25,571 nucleotides of DNA, from the NCBI GenBank assembly GCA_030141605.1, contig JAQGDQ010001788.1, forward strand, positions 1 to 25,571, in the 5' to 3' direction. Positions 10,218 through 21,070 of the stretch are shown piece by piece. Position numbers and translations under genes: made by a program. Origin of the DNA: Tubiluchus corallicola. Lineage: Eukaryota > Animalia > Priapulida. Position 1 is the stretch's first letter, and each line of letters begins with the position of its first letter. The notes beneath the pieces were generated by a model. It ran no database searches. It saw only the letters and a program-made list of their open reading frames with translations, and was not told the origin of the DNA.

Positions 10218-11085
10218 TTAAATGAAGAGAGGTTGATTTTTCATATACTACCCCATTTTCATGAGCGATAAAAGTATACATTTTAACGCAATTAATACTG
10301 CAAATGCATTTCTGATAATTAAATTATAGATTAAAAACTTAATTAACGGCGACCAAGTTCAAATATTGATGACATCACAAACTAACATAACTTTCAGCAG
10401 CAAAAATATTCCACGAGCGTGTTGCACGTGTTTGCGAAAGTGAAAATTGAAGTACAGTGCTAATGTAAGACGTTCAGTGTGTTGTACTAAAACTAGGCAA
10501 GTTTTAAAATAAAAATTCAAATTTCAAGTTTACCGCTGTGCTCGCGCATGAGCTGTCGAACGTGTGTAGCTCGTCACAAACTAATACCTCTGAACTGAAC
10601 GGCATAACAGGTGTTTTATGCAACGCGTAAGCACAGTGGTAAACTTAAAACTTAAATTGTTAACTTCAAATTATAGGGTTTTCTAAATCACACTGAACAT
10701 ATATCTTACGCTAACACTGTACTTCAGTTGTCTCTTTCGCAAACACGTGCAACACGCTCATGGAATGTCTTTGCTGTTGAAAATTATGTTAGTTTGTGAT
10801 GTCATCAATAGTAGGGCTCGCCCGCTGTTAATTAAGTTTTTAATCTATTATTTAATTATCAGGCACGCTTTTGCAGTAATAACTGTGTTAAAATGTGCAA
10901 ATTCCTACTATACTTGAATATATGCTGTGACGTCATCACTAGTTGCGCTCGTTGATCGTTAATTAAGTTTTAAATCTACTAATTAATTATCAGAAACGCT
11001 TGGCATTGTCGTTGGTGTTAAAATGTATACTTTTGCCAAACTTCGAAATGAGGTAAATATATGAAAAGTCATCTCGTCTGCCATT
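10218..11085. mobile_element. Family A foldback arrangement: left arm 10218-10546, inverted arm 10624-10900, second partial inverted end 10926-11085
   Basis: gagcgtgttgcacgtgtttgcgaaag vs ctttcgcaaacacgtgcaacacgctc; tattgatgacatcacaaactaacataa vs ttatgttagtttgtgatgtcatcaata. Begins TTAA-ATGAAGA. Confidence 0.88.
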
Positions 11086-11571
11086 GTTTAATCATTCTGT
11101 CTGCCATTGTTTAATCATCCTGCCTGCCATTGTTTAATCATTCTCTCTGCCATTGTTTAATCATTCTGTCTGCCATTGTTTAATCATCCTGCCTGCCATT
11201 GTTTAATCATTCTGTCTGCCATTGTTTAGTCATTCTGTCTGCCATTGTTTAATCATCCTGCCTGCCATTGTTTAATCATTCTGTCTGCCATTGTTTAATC
11301 ATTCTGTCTGCCATTGTTTAATCATCCTATCTGCCATTGTTTAATCATTCTGTCTGCCATTGTTTAATCATTCTGTCTGCCATTGTTTAATCATCCTATC
11401 TGCCATTGTTTAATCATTTTGTCTGCCATTGTTTAATCATCCTGTCTGCCATTGTTTAATCATTCTGTCTGCCATTGTTTAATCATTCTGTCTGCCATTG
11501 TTTAACCATCCTGTCTGCCATTGTTTAATCATCGTCTGCCATTGTTTAATCATCCTGTCTGCCATTGTTTA
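11068..11571. repeat. 23-bp minisatellite (TGCCATTGTTTAATCAT[T/C]CTGTC)n, about 21-22 copies
   Basis: Directly visible tandem array without unique spacers. Confidence 0.97.
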
Positions 11572-11758
11572 CCAAGTTGAAGGGTTGAAGGACAATAACT
11601 GTTATTCAACAGTTGGATTTTGTGTGTACTAGAGTTTAATTCGAATGCGTTTGAAAAAAGTACTTTCATTATAATTAGTCAATTTATTAAGACATTTTCT
11701 GGGTAAAGTAACGTCAGGGTTCATTGTTGATGCGGCACTTTTTACTCGCGGACGACGT

Positions 11759-12086
11759 AGGATATGAAAAATCGTTGCGTTTTCCTTTAAAAAGCAAATT
11801 TTTGACTAATCATTAGCGCCTGAACAGTGACAGAGACGCTTCACTGATTGGCTAACAGGATGCGTGCTTCCCCAAGGATTTTTCCTTACTCTATACTCGC
11901 TTGGTTACGTCATTTACAGGATAGGAAAAATCGTTATGTTTTCCTTTAAAAAGCAAATTTTTGACTAGTCAGTAACGCCTGAACAGTGACAGAGACGCTT
12001 CACTGATTGGCTAACAGGATGCGTGCTTCCTCCAGGATTTTTCCACACTCTCTACAAGCCTAAACTCGCTTGATTACGTCATTTAC
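11759..12086. repeat. About 159-bp tandem duplication; each copy carries ATTGG and TTACGTCA motifs
   Basis: Copies start at 11759 and 11918; core cgcctgaacagtgacagagacgcttcactgattggctaacaggatgcgtgcttcc is identical. Confidence 0.92.
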
Positions 12087-12874
12087 CTGTGTCAGACGCA
12101 CACGCCTGATTACAGCTGTCGCACGCCTCATTTCGATTCATGTCTTCGCCACGAGGGGCTAGGTTTCCAAAACGGCATGAATCATGCATAAAGGCTACGA
12201 TATCAAATCTCCCACGTCAGCTGTTTCACTCATACAATGAAACAGTATAGGCCAAGTGTACACAGCACACTTATAATAGCCATAGTGGCAGCAGACGGTA
12301 TATTATGGAAACTGGTCTTATTTACAGAAAAAGCAAAACATGGCTTCTCTCTCCGCGGGAACGTCTTTGCCTCTAGCTGCATCGCGGGTTATGTGTTTTC
12401 TTTATATCGGCGAGGCTTGAAGGGACAGGACAGTGGCGGCTCGTGTCTAGGCAGTGTGGAACTACAGCACCCCCTATTTTCACTCCATATTATCGATAAT
12501 ATTCAATATAATAATAGTTAGTTCTTTCTTTGTACTAGTACGGAACTAGAGCATGGGAGGGTAGTACTGTTTGCTTCACAGCCCAGCACAGTGCGCTCCA
12601 GCAACGCGGTGTTTGGCTGTTGTGCGCATGCGGCCTTGCGCACATGTGTGAGTCCAAGTAGAGAAAGTACTGTCGCTCACACAGTTTGTTATCAGTTGTT
12701 ACGTGCTTACCGTGAATGGATCAAGCTTGAACTGTGACAATTTAGGCTATTAGCAGCCAAAAGATATTTTTTGATTAGAATTTTATCAAGTTTACGTATA
12801 TTTGTTTGTTAAAAATTACAACATTAAAATTACATATGATTGTTTCGCTTAACACAGTATTAAAGCAAAGCAAA

Positions 12875-13072
12875 AATTCTCCTCAATCCACTTTTATTTA
12901 CCATATTTGTGCCTCTGATCGCAAAGCTGATTTTAATAATTTCAGCAATGTGACCAGAGCTACAAATAACTGGGACTTATTAATAAAAGAAAGTTTATCT
13001 ACGTACCCTAATAAGCCTTCTCTTAATGTACAAAGCAGTTCAGTTCCTTTAACTTTATTTTCAAACACTTAG
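12875..13072 (+). mobile_element. Penelope-like element GIY-YIG endonuclease C-terminal fragment
   Basis: H..DFNNF....NNWDLLIKESL..NKPSLNVQSSSVPLTLF matches the typical Penelope tail NF.IL....L.IKESLLI...KP.LN.Q..S..L.LF. Confidence 0.78.
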
Positions 13073-13199
13073 CTAATTGTTACTGTATCAAATACATCTG
13101 TTACTGTTCATACGTTTGTTTGTTTAAAATTACAACATCAAAATTACATATTTGTTTCATAGTATTAAAACAATAGCTAAAAATTTCCGTAAAATTTAT

Positions 13200-13645
13200 A
13201 TTACTTTGTATTAAGTTTTCCCATTTGAAAGACTTATGTAACTAGAAAAAAACTGTAATTAATTTAAAAGGTGCGCATCAATGTTACTGACTCCTCTTCC
13301 CAATGTGCACCGCTGGCTCACCAAAAACATATTATTGATTTTATTGACGAGAAAATGTAATTACAAATTTTGCTTATTTGGCGAATTGTGCGCTACAAAT
13401 GCTCTGATTATTCATTCAAGCTTCACGCAGTGTTATCTAAAGGGTTATCGCTGGCTCACCATCCAGGGTGCGCCACTTGCTAACCAAAAACATATTTTTA
13501 GTCTCATTGACAAGTTAAAGTAATTAAAAATTTTACTTAATTAGCAACATGTATGATAGGAATTCTCTGATTATTTTTTCAATGTTTACCTAATGTTATC
13601 TAAACTTGTTTCAAACGACCTACCATCAAAATGGCTGCGCCTAAC
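13200..13645 (-). mobile_element. Interspersed repeat family C, inverted relative to 22955-24050, with an internal partial duplication
   Basis: tcgctggctcaccatccagggtgcgccacttgctaacca is the near reverse complement of tggttagtgagtggcgcaccctggagggtgagtcagcga; aaacttgtttcaaacgacctacca vs tggtaggccgtttgaaacaagttt. Confidence 0.82.
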
Positions 13646-13804
13646 GGTCATCGCAAAATCGCAAGATAATTTTTTTGTTTTACGTTAAGTAAAGGGTTGT
13701 CTTGTCCTTTAATTCTTCAAGTGAAACTTGCAAAAAGTATGGCCAGGTGGGAGGCCAGGAAATCCTGTTCAGGAGGAAAATGCCTCGAAAAACGCCTAAC
13801 GTGG

Positions 13805-13866
13805 GAAGGTTTCGAACCTTGACCTTCTGAATTGGCAGCTGAATACCTCAACTACTCGACCAGCAG
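13805..13866 (-). mobile_element. tRNA-derived SINE head (Pol III A and B boxes)
   Basis: Minus strand TGGTCGAGTAG (A-box-like, 13862-13852) and GGTTCGAAACC (B box, 13818-13808); no intact cloverleaf. Confidence 0.55.
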
Positions 13867-13897
13867 ACATTTCAGGAGTTTCATTGCCACATCTTTA

Positions 13898-14240
<343 letters not shown>

Positions 14241-14626
14241 GTTTAAATGAACTTTTTTACTTTCGTGATTCACTTATCAAAAATTCCTGCCCTTAGATTG
14301 AAATTCCTCCCCTCTGAGCTGCCTGTCTCTCCTTCGGGATTCACTTATCTATAAACTTCAGTTAAATGGAAGCCCCAAAAGCCCAAACGGGAGAGGGGGA
14401 CTATTTATGAACAAAGCTTATCACAGCGCCTCTAACGGGAAAAAACATTTTCCATACTGCCTTACTGCACACACACTGATTTTGGTTGAACACGTGACTT
14501 GCACACCTGCTATGTATTAAGCACGGATATATTATTGGTTTCATTTATAGACTCATTCACTGCCTGAAATTTCATCCGTTCAAATGTTGTTAATTTATTA
14601 TGCAAATGTTTAATCTACGTGTTTCA

Positions 14627-14695
14627 CTTCACAAGATTTCCACTGGTCACGCAAACATCTTCACAAGATTTCCACTGGTCACGCAAACATCTTCA
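14627..14695. repeat. Perfect 32-bp tandem duplication
   Basis: cttcacaagatttccactggtcacgcaaacat twice. Confidence 0.9.
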
Positions 14696-14808
14696 AAGCT
14701 CTTGCATAACATCTTCAACGAGAAGCTGTATGATAAAGAGAAAAACCCACCAGGTAAATTATATGCAATAGTATAAAATGAAGCCATTCTTAGAATATTT
14801 TGTGGTAA

Positions 14809-14851
14809 GATGATGATGACGATAATAATAACGATGACAATGGTGATGATA

Positions 14852-14936
<85 letters not shown>

Positions 14937-14995
14937 CGATGACGACGACGACGAAAAGGATGACGTTAACGATGATGATGACGACGACGACGATG
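14809..14995. repeat. (GAT)n/(GAC)n microsatellite
   Basis: Directly visible. Confidence 0.97.
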
Positions 14996-15165
14996 TCCCG
15001 TAATACGTAATGTGTGATGCGTGATCCGTATTCATTCAAACATGATCACTATCATCCGAATACGCATCACGCAGCAATATGCAGACGGGAAACCGCCATT
15101 GCGTTGGTGATTATGGCGAGTTTTTTTACTGCAGTTCTTTTACTAAATGATGATACGAGTCGCAG

Positions 15166-15801
15166 TGTAAGTTGTTAAGTAACCATAAGCTGCTAAGTAA
15201 CCACAAGTTGCTAAGTAGCCGTAAGTTGCTTAGTAACCGTAAGTTGCTAAGTAACCGTAAGTTGTTAAGTAACCGTAAGTTGCTAAGTAACCGTAAGTTG
15301 CTAAGTAACCGTAAGTTGCTAAGCAACTGTAAGTTGCTTAATAACCGTAAGTTGCTAAGTAACCGTAAGTTGCTTAGTAACCGTAAGTTGCTAAGTAACT
15401 GTAAGTTGCTAAGTAACCGTAAGCTGCTTAGTAACTGTAAGTTGCTAAGTAACCGTAAGTTGCTAAGTAACTGTAAGTTGCTAAGTAACCGTAAGTTGCT
15501 AAGTAACCATAAGTTGCTTAGTAACCGTAAGTTGCTAAGTAACCATAAGTTGCTAAGTAACCGTAAGTTGCTGAGCAACGGTAAGCTGCTAAGTAACTGT
15601 AAGTTGCTAAGTAACTGTAAGTTGATTAGTAACCGTAAGTTGCTAAGTAACCGTAAGTTGCTGAGCAACGGTAAGCTGCTAAGTAACTGTAAGTTGCTAA
15701 GTAACCGTAAGTTGCTAAGTAACCGTAAGTTGCTATGTAACCATTAGTTGCTAAGTAACTGTAAGTTGCTAAGTAACCGTTAGTTGCTAAGTAACCGTAA
15801 G
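15166..15801. repeat. 18-bp minisatellite (GTAAGTTGCTAAGTAACC)n, about 35 copies
   Basis: Directly visible; explains the LLSNRK and LLSNLR ORFs. Confidence 0.97.
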
Positions 15802-16158
15802 AGACCTTAAACAAATCTTGTGTTTGTCTTTGCCTTGTTTGCGTGGAAGTTTGTAGGACGATTACATCACAATTACGTCACTAAAATCATTTTGTAAGAT
15901 CCATTCAGCCGCATTTTGCTGATAAGAAATATAATACTCTTATGAAAGAATTTTCGTTTCAGCCTTGTGAAAAGATAAACAATTTTTCAAGATAAGCAAC
16001 AGAAAATGATATCACAAATTGGAAATCGTCATCAAATGTATTAAACCAACCGAAGAATTTTTTTGACTTAATGCACAACAAAATCCTTCAGTTAAATAAA
16101 GCTTAAAAAATTATCTTGAAACTTTATACCAGTTACATACTGCCTTACATACTTACAT

Positions 16159-16316
16159 ACGCTCGTGGAATATTTTTGCTGCTAAAAATTATGTTAGTTT
16201 GTGATGTCATCAATAGATGGGCTCGCCTGCCGTTAATTAAGTTTTTATTGAAATGTGTACTTTTTATCGTACTTGAAAATGGGTTAGTATGTGAAAAATC
16301 ATCCTGTCTTCATTAA
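16159..16316 (-). mobile_element. Family A terminal fragment, internally deleted
   Basis: Reverse complement of the start of the 21719 and 10218 copies; ends ...aatcatcctgtcttcaTTAA. Confidence 0.82.
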
Positions 16317-16739
16317 CTTTACCAGGCAGTAGTATCAGCACCAGAAGCCGCATTACAATTAGACTCTAGTATTACGAGTTAGGCTACTTTCACACTTACA
16401 TTATATGGACTGAACTTGATGTGTGCATTCACACGTATATGTTACCGTTGAAATTTAACCTGTGATTAGGCTGCAACTGTCTACCATTTGCTGACATTTT
16501 TGCGCATTTGAACTCAATATTGGACCAACAATGTATGTTTGCATTCTAGTTTTCTAGACTATTGTAGTACTCTGTAAAATGTGTTTCTCTGGTACGTATT
16601 TCAATAGTTTGTAGAGATAATAGATGTAGCTAAACAGTATAATTACGTAATAGTTTTGTAGATAAAAACAACTTTGTATTTTGTGGAATAAATAACTTAG
16701 TTATGGAAACGCAACTTCGAATTGGGTGTGTACATTACA

Positions 16740-17600
16740 CTAACCCTAACCCTAACCTTGCCCAACCCTAGCCCAGGCCAAACCTTAACCCAACCCTAGC
16801 CCAGTCCAAACCTTAACCCAACCCTAGCCCAGTTCAAACCTTAACCCAACCCTAGCCCAGTCCAAACCTTAAGCCAACCCTAGCTCAGTTCAAACCTTAA
16901 CCCAACCCTTACCTTAAGCCAACCCTAGCTCAGTTCAAACCTTAACCCAACCCTAACCTTAAGCCAACCCTAGCCCAGTTCAAACCTTAATCCAACTCTA
17001 ACCTTAAGCCAACCCTAGCCCAGTCCAAACCTTAAGCCAACCCTAGCCCAGTTCAAACCTTAACCCAACCCTAACCTTAAGCCAACCCTAGCCCAGTTCA
17101 AACCTTAATCCAACTCTAACCTTAAGCCAACCCTAGCCCAGTTCAAACCTTAACCCAACCCTAACCTTAAGCCAACCCTAGCCCAGTTCAAACCTTATCC
17201 AACTCTAACCTTAAGCCAACCCTAGCCCAGTCCAAACCTTAACCCAACCCTAGCCCAGTTCAAACCTTGACCCAACCCTAACCTTAACCCGAACCCAACC
17301 CTAACCCTAAAACTATCCTTAACCCAACCTTATGCCCACCTAAAACCCAAACCTAGCCCTAACCATAACCCAATCCGAAGCCGAACTCAGTCCTAACCAT
17401 AACCACATTCCAACTCTAACCCTAACCCTAACCCTAACCCTAAAACTAAACTGAACCCAACCTTAACAGTAAAACTAACATCAACTCAACCCTAACCATA
17501 ACCCAACCCGAAACCGAACCCAGCCCTAGCCATAACCCTAACCCTTGCAACATTCCCAACACTAATCCTAACCGCATCCCAACCCTACCCTAACCCTACC
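16740..17600. repeat. Interstitial telomere-like (TAACCC-derived) array with 28-bp and 45-bp higher-order units
   Basis: Perfect TAACCC runs at about 16741 and 17417-17442; core unit ttaacc-caacc-ctagcc-cagtt-caaacc. Confidence 0.88.
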
Positions 17601-18112
17601 CCCCCTGGCGTGGCGAATTGGATAAACTTTGGCCAAAATCACCTTTAAAAATCCATAAAAAGTTTGTTTGTGTGTTTGTTTGTCTATTCCAGCTGTGTTG
17701 TTGTAGCTTTTTGAAACATGAACAAACATTTTTAGAAACTCAAGTGTTCTGTAACCTGAGGACTACACTGAATTATTAATCAATAAGATTTCAAAAGCGA
17801 ATTTCTAAAGCGAAGAGAAAATCGAAGTTTTTCCTCCATGGACGCTAGACGGCGCTAAATTTTATACAATGTTTTTTCACGTGTAATTACCTGTCACTAT
17901 CAGACTGATTAGTTAAGTCACTCAGGTAAGCTTTAAGATAATAATTAAGTAAGAGCAAACGATTGTCTGTGGGACGGAAGTGGTGCTGGCAAGCCATTGG
18001 AATAGCAGTGTCTAGTTTTTGTTGTGTGTTGCCTGTCTTGAGGGCAGGTTTCTTTTATTTTAGAATTTTGCCTGTCAAGTGTTTAACTGAGATTAAGAGA
18101 CATCCGACAACC

Positions 18113-18737
18113 ATGATGATGGTGATGATGAGGAGGAGGGGGAAGAGGGGGAGGAAGACAAAGAGTAGGCGAAAATAAAGGAATAATGATGAACAGTCCA
18201 GAAAAGGAAGAAGAAGATGTTGATGATGATGATAATGGTGATGATGATGGTGATGATGGTGGTGATGGTGATGGTGATGGTGATGGTGATGATGAGGAGG
18301 AGGAAGAGGCGGAGGAAGACAAAGAGTAGGCGAAAATAAAGGAATAATGATGAACAGTCCAGAAAAGGAAGAAGAAGATGTTGATGTTGATGATGATGGT
18401 GATGGTGATGGTGATGGTGATGATGAGGAGGAAGAGAAGGAGAAGCAGGGGGAGAAAGAAGAAGCGAAAATGAAGGGATAATGCGAAATAGTCAAGAGAA
18501 GAAAGAAGATGTGATGGTGATGACAATGATGATGATAAAAACAATGACGATGATGATGAGGAGGAGGAGGAGGAGGAGGAGAAAGAAGAGGCAGAAAAGA
18601 AGGGATACTGCTGAATGGTAAAAGAAGCAGGTAGATGATGTGATGACGATTACGATGACGACGACGACGACGATGATGACGATGACGACGACGACGACGA
18701 CAACGACGACGATGACAATGACGACGACGACGACGAC

Positions 18738-18769
<32 letters not shown>

Positions 18770-18788
18770 CGACGACGACGACGACGAC

Positions 18789-18819
<31 letters not shown>

Positions 18820-18909
18820 ATGACGACGACGACGACGACGACGACGACGATGATGATGATGATGATGATGATGATGAAGATGATGATGATGATGATGATG
18901 ATGATGACG
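18113..18909. repeat. Purine-rich low-complexity block with a ~165-bp duplicated unit, followed by a (GAC)n/(GAT)n microsatellite
   Basis: ggaggaagacaaagagtaggcgaaaataaaggaataatgatgaacagtccagaaaaggaagaagaagatgttgatg occurs twice, with decayed further copies. Confidence 0.92.
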
Positions 18910-19261
18910 GAAGTTTCAGTTATACATCATCCCGGTTTTGTAGGACAAATGGTTAATGGGAGGTTTAAAAATTTCGTTTTTCAAGAGCGCACGTGTAAAC
19001 AGCAAAATGATATTAGCTTCTAAGACGAGCACCTGATATACAGGGGATTACACTATCTAGTTACTCAATGAGAAAGACTTAGTTCTGTAACTAGAATCAT
19101 AATTCTACTGATTGCGATCGCGTCCTACACGTATCAACAACTTAGCAAAGCGCATTATCTCACACGTCCTGGCTTCATCGTCAATACATTTCTATGGCTT
19201 CAGTACAACAAGATCATTTTGTATTAATAACAGTAAGTTTACAAAATGAAGACATTTCTTC

Positions 19262-19535
19262 CTTATTCTGTGGACAAACATCACGTAGTCCACAAAAAAT
19301 TCACCATGATTAAAACGCGATAACTACACGATAACTTCAAAGCTTCGACGGGAACTGTGGGGAATTTTTTGCTCCCCTATTCTGTGGACAAACATCACGT
19401 AGTCCACAAAAACTTTAGCATAATCAAAACACGATAACTTCAAAGCTTCGACGGGAATTGGGAAGGATTTTTTGCGTCCCTATTCTGTGGACAAACATCA
19501 CGTAGTCCACAAAAACTTTACCATAATCAAAAAAT
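19262..19535. repeat. Triple tandem repeat (periods 114 and 103 bp), each unit with hairpin TGTGGAC-N12-GTCCACA
   Basis: tattctgtggacaaacatcacgtagtccacaaaaa at 19264, 19378 and 19481. Confidence 0.9.
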
Positions 19536-20191
19536 CACTCTACGCACAGACTACTGCATAACTAAGTCCATGCAAAAACAATTGAAGTTACTGAACTGAT
19601 GCAGCAGATTTGCTTTACCCACATGTCACGTTACAGTAGTAATTAAAACGCTTTGCTGTGATACACTTAACCTTTGACCCCAACTGCGCTTGCGCACAAC
19701 GAAACTATGAACAGGCTTAATAGTCAGAATGTCAAAAATACAAAATTTGGCTTGCCAACTATAAAGGATGAACTTCAGACTAACTTGACCACTTGGAGAT
19801 CCGGTGGCCTAGTGGTTATGGCATATGCAATGCAAGCGGAAGCCCCAAGCTGAATGTTCATTCCACTTTTTCACCTTTCTCGTCTTTCAAGTCTGGTTAA
19901 TTATTTAATTAACATTTAAGCAAAACATAATTAATTATTAGTATAACACTTCATTAATGAACATCTTGACATCTTAAGATTATAATAATTAATATGCGTG
20001 CTTATGACAGTATGAGGCAAATCTGCTACTTCATGATTTACACTGGAAATAACACAGCACTGAAACAGCAATATTTTTTACACTGGAAATAAATATTACA
20101 ACTATTACAACGTCCTCGTGTGAATAAAATCGCTACTAAACAGCTACAAACAACAGATATTAAATTTTTTCTAACGCATTATTACAATTAC

Positions 20192-20546
20192 TGTCGTGTT
20201 TTGTTTCTCTCGGAAGGCTCGTAGAGAAACCCAGAAAACACGTCGTCAAATTAAACTAGTTTATTATGCCAGAATTCTACAACACAAAAGTATGAAGGAA
20301 CGCGAAATGTTTACAGTAAATGTGATAATCTAGAAACGTGAAAGCGAGAAAGCGCATCTGAGACTCTGAGAATACAAGAGAATGTGAGAGAATAAACTCC
20401 AGCGGGCAGCTCCGCCTTACATATCAGTGCCAGGGAAAAATCTAGTAATAGAAAGTTCTAGAAACTTCTACAAGGTAAGACGATTGTTTTACTATCTATA
20501 GAACATTCTACACTATTCTATTTAATTCTAGTGGATCTCCACAACA
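20192..20546 (-). mobile_element. Solo LTR (355 bp) with 5-bp target-site duplication ATTAC
   Basis: Starts TGTCGTG and ends CACAACA (TG..CA, imperfect inverted termini); ATTAC at 20187-20191 and 20547-20551. Minus-strand AATAAA near 20260 and TATA-like ATATGTAAG near 20420 suggest orientation. Confidence 0.8.
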
Positions 20547-20599
20547 ATTACGTAAAGAATTCATAGTTATTATTAAACAAAAGAGATTTATGAACTAAA

Positions 20600-20840
20600 T
20601 AACTTACCTTTTTCTGACCGAACCGTGCATTGCCGTAAAGGTCGCCATATTTCGCGCCATTGGCGTGAGTGAGCGAGAATGACGTACGACGTACAGGAAG
20701 CGTCCTTAGTTACCGATGTTTGTTTACCGATTTTGGTGACCTCGTGACTGTACTCATTACGTCATTCGTCTCGCGCAACGAATCATGGCGATTTAACACC
20801 GCTAACAATGAAAATTAACGAGTTTTACAGTAAGTTTTTA
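20600..20840. promoter_or_regulatory. CpG-rich symmetric segment: candidate bidirectional promoter with divergent first exons, or a decayed palindromic transposon
   Basis: Outward-facing GTAAGT donors at 20607(-) and 20830(+); ATGGCG motifs on both strands; inverted GAATGACGTA / TACGTCATTC. Confidence 0.4.
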
Positions 20841-20989
20841 ATAAAATAAATTGAATATTCTTTATGAGAGTAGAATTTTAACTTGTCAAAGCTTATACTA
20901 TAGTGAGAGCTTAGTTTGACTTTAATTATTCATTTATTTAGACATTATTTAATAACGGTGAAAGGAGCTCAGAGTTTTTGAAGATAAAA

Positions 20990-21070
20990 ACCAAAAAAGT
21001 GAGTGAAAAAGTCGAGACTAAGCCTGATTTGAACCAGGAATCTTCTGGTTAAAAACCGTGTAAACTAGTG
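20990..21070 (-). mobile_element. tRNA-derived SINE-like remnant
   Basis: Minus-strand B box GGTTCAAATC (21035-21026) followed by a T-rich tttttcactcacttt tract similar to that after the B box at 21535. Confidence 0.4.

Noticed and set aside
11068-11571. CRISPR-like array
   Set aside because: Head-to-tail repeats without unique spacers, no cas genes, eukaryotic context.
15126-15747. LLSNxx leucine-rich-repeat-like proteins on both strands
   Set aside because: An 18-bp unit gives open frames by default; not an LRR consensus.
18055-19023. His-, Ser- and Met/Thr-rich ORFs
   Set aside because: Low-complexity triplet repeats.
19262-19535. CRISPR-like palindromic repeats with spacers
   Set aside because: The intervening segments are homologous to each other, so this is a tandem repeat.
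19798-19880. tRNA gene (A box TGGCCTAGTGG at 19805-19815)
   Set aside because: No intact B box or cloverleaf; at most a decayed SINE head, like the A-box-like sequence on the minus strand near 22865-22875.
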